The position numbers were made by a program, and so were the translations under genes. 64,000 bases of DNA from Myxococcota bacterium (GTDB lineage Bacteria > Myxococcota_A > UBA9042 > PHBI01 > JAWLBL01), in NCBI GenBank assembly GCA_041687695.1, contig JAWLBL010000009.1, positions 107,634-171,633 on the forward strand, given 5' to 3'. Positions 62,220 through 64,000 of the stretch are shown one piece after another (position 1 is the stretch's first letter; every line of letters begins with the position of its first letter). Under the pieces are notes generated by a model. It saw nothing but the letters and a program-made list of their open reading frames with translations, did no database searches and was not told the DNA's origin.

Positions 62220-62752
62220 GCGTCATCGACCGCCTCACCGCCATGACCCGCGGCCTCATCTCGCGCGGCCGGGTGCGCCTGGTCGACGACGCCGGCCGCG
62301 CGCAGTCCCTGCAGGTCGAGGTCCACCAGGGCGAGACCGACGACGACGTCGAGCACCTGCAGCCCTACGGCCTGACCGCGGTGCCCCTCGCTGGCGCCTC
62401 GGCGCTCGTCGTCCGCGTCGGGGCCGCCGCCAACCATCCCGTGGTCCTCATGGTCGAGGACCGCCGGTACCGCATCACCGGGCTCGAGGGCGGCGAGGTG
62501 GCCCTGTACGACGACCAGGGCCAGGCCGTGATCCTCCGCCGGGACGGCATCGAGCTGGTCACGCCGCACGAGATCCGGCTCGGCGAGGGCGCCGATGCGG
62601 GGGTGGCCCGCGTCGGGGATGAGGTCGAGGTCACCATCCCGACCGAGGGGCTGACCGTTGAGGGGCCGGGCGGCGTGTCGACCAACACGGCGCCGGTGAC
62701 GATCACGGGCACCATCACCAGCGCGTCGACCAAAGTGAAGGCGGTGAGCTGA
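62216..62752 (+). CDS. baseplate spike/assembly protein (Mu gp45-like)
   Basis: RG.V..VDD....Q.LQV, EHLQPYGLT.VP, DRRYR..GL..GEVALYDDQG. Confidence 0.9.
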   Translation: MSVIDRLTAMTRGLISRGRVRLVDDAGRAQSLQVEVHQGETDDDVEHLQPYGLTAVPLAGASALVVRVGAAANHPVVLMVEDRRYRITGLEGGEVALYDDQGQAVILRRDGIELVTPHEIRLGEGADAGVARVGDEVEVTIPTEGLTVEGPGGVSTNTAPVTITGTITSASTKVKAVS

Positions 62753-64000
62753 TGGCGACGCTGCTGAGCGAGGGCTTCGAGGCTGGGGCGCTGCCGGCCG
62801 GCTGGGCGACGAGCAGCCCGACCGCGAAGCCGAACACGTGGGCCGTCGGCAGCACCATCGGCGGCACCAACGGCCCTACCTCGGCCTACGCGGGCTCGTG
62901 GGTCCTCGCGACCAACCCAAGCGGCAACCACGCCAGCGACGAGGAGAGCGTCGTCGACGTCGAGCTGCCCGACCTGACGCAGTACGAGTCGGCCGTCCTG
63001 AGCTGGGCCCAGTGGCTGACCGTCGTCAACACGACGACCAGCGGCGCCCAGATCCACCTCTCGACGGACGGGGGCGCGACCTGGGCGGGCGTGGCGACGG
63101 GCCTCCTGTCCCCGGGCTACTCGGCCTCCGCGCCCGACGCCAGCGCCGGCGTGCTGCTGCCCACGATCGGCCGATGGGAGGGCACCGGATCGTCCTGGGT
63201 GCCGGTGACGTGCGACCTCGAGGCCGCGCTCGGCGCGTCCCCGCGCGACCAGGTCGTGCTGCGCTTCGCCTTCGAAGCGCGCCTCAACGAGAACACCCGC
63301 GCCGGCTGGTACCTCGACGCCGTCACGCTGACGGCCGACCCGGTCGACGAGACCCCGCCCGAGGTCGCGATCACCTCGGGCGACGAGGCGACGGCGACCC
63401 CGTTCGAGATCACGGGCACCGCGAGCGACGACCTGACCGGCGTCGACCTGGTCGAGGTGCGCGTCGCCGGCGGCGACTGGGAGCCTGCGACCGGGACGAA
63501 CGCCTGGACCTACTCGGCCGAGCTCGAGGAGGGCGAGAACTCCATTGAGGTCCGGGCGACCGACGGCGCCGACAACGTCTCCGACATCGTCACGCAGACG
63601 GTCACGCTCGACAGCATCGCGCCCACGGTGACGATCACGTCGGTCGCGGGCCTGGTCCCTTCCGCCGACTACCTCCTCGAGGGCACCGCCGAGGACGCGA
63701 CCAGCGGCGTCGTCCTGGTGGAGGTGCGCGTCGCCGGCGGCGACTGGGTCGAGGTCGAGGGCACGGCCACCTGGTCGCTCGGGATGCAGCTCGAGCCGGG
63801 CGTGACGCTCCTCGAGGCGCGCGCCACGGACGCGTTCGGCAACGTCTCCGAGCCGGTCTCGGTAGAGGTCCTCTTCGTGACGCCCCAGATCGCCCCCCTC
63901 GCCGCGACCCTCGACTGGGCCCCCGTCGACGAGACCCACTGGCTCGACGACGCCGAGGTGCTCGAGGTCGCCGTCGTGTCCTCGCTGTGGACCTGGCGGC
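62752..64000 (+). CDS. adhesin/MAM-like plus two Ig-like domains fused to a Mu gp46-like baseplate domain (3' end outside window)
   Basis: Frame open from ATG 62752: EGFEAG.LP.GW...STDGG.TW...LRFAF...GWYLD; two DxxxP.V.IT..GTA.D..GV..VEVR....W...N.I.VRATD..GN repeats; ends LEVAVVSSLWTWR. Confidence 0.75.
   Translation, partial: MATLLSEGFEAGALPAGWATSSPTAKPNTWAVGSTIGGTNGPTSAYAGSWVLATNPSGNHASDEESVVDVELPDLTQYESAVLSWAQWLTVVNTTTSGAQIHLSTDGGATWAGVATGLLSPGYSASAPDASAGVLLPTIGRWEGTGSSWVPVTCDLEAALGASPRDQVVLRFAFEARLNENTRAGWYLDAVTLTADPVDETPPEVAITSGDEATATPFEITGTASDDLTGVDLVEVRVAGGDWEPATGTNAWTYSAELEEGENSIEVRATDGADNVSDIVTQTVTLDSIAPTVTITSVAGLVPSADYLLEGTAEDATSGVVLVEVRVAGGDWVEVEGTATWSLGMQLEPGVTLLEARATDAFGNVSEPVSVEVLFVTPQIAPLAATLDWAPVDETHWLDDAEVLEVAVVSSLWTWR

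Larger units (their letters stand above)
28517..64000. mobile_element. temperate prophage (lambda-like head and packaging, Mu-like contractile tail), continues past the window
   Basis: Integrase next to the tRNA 3' end, followed by immunity, replication, packaging, head and tail modules in canonical order with no obvious inactivating breaks. Confidence 0.95.

Noticed and set aside
55853..62752. Tailocin / extracellular contractile injection system or Mu-type transposable phage
   Set aside because: Head, terminase, integrase and replication genes are present, and no MuA/MuB transposase is seen

Overview
High-GC bacterial chromosome, most consistent with Myxococcota: it has an OmpA/TSP3 protein, a Ser/Thr kinase with a PEGA domain, and a Myxococcus-type LexA box. 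Bases 1-28.5 kb are mostly housekeeping genes (rdgC-like pair, mltG, ruvX, scoAB, recJ, queA-tgt-yajC-secD-secF, two HU genes, UDG, coaBC, dnaE2), plus a ~0.45 kb decayed retron-like remnant near 4.0-4.4 kb. From tRNA-Thr(CGT) at 28441-28516 to the end of the window lies an apparently intact temperate myovirus prophage. In order it carries: a tyrosine integrase; a leftward early operon (MT-A70 methyltransferase, ParB-like protein, RusA, DEDDh exonuclease, AAA/Sak4-like ATPase, SF2 helicase); a lambda-style immunity region bounded by two operator pairs, enclosing cI, an ImmA/IrrE protease and a candidate ART-toxin/DUF6575 defence pair; cro/cII; a Prim-Pol/DUF927 replicase with an iteron origin; ssb; a lambda-like cos/terminase/portal/capsid module; and a Mu-like contractile tail. 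The gp46-position baseplate gene carries N-terminal adhesin and Ig domains. All family assignments come from motif recognition, not from database searches.
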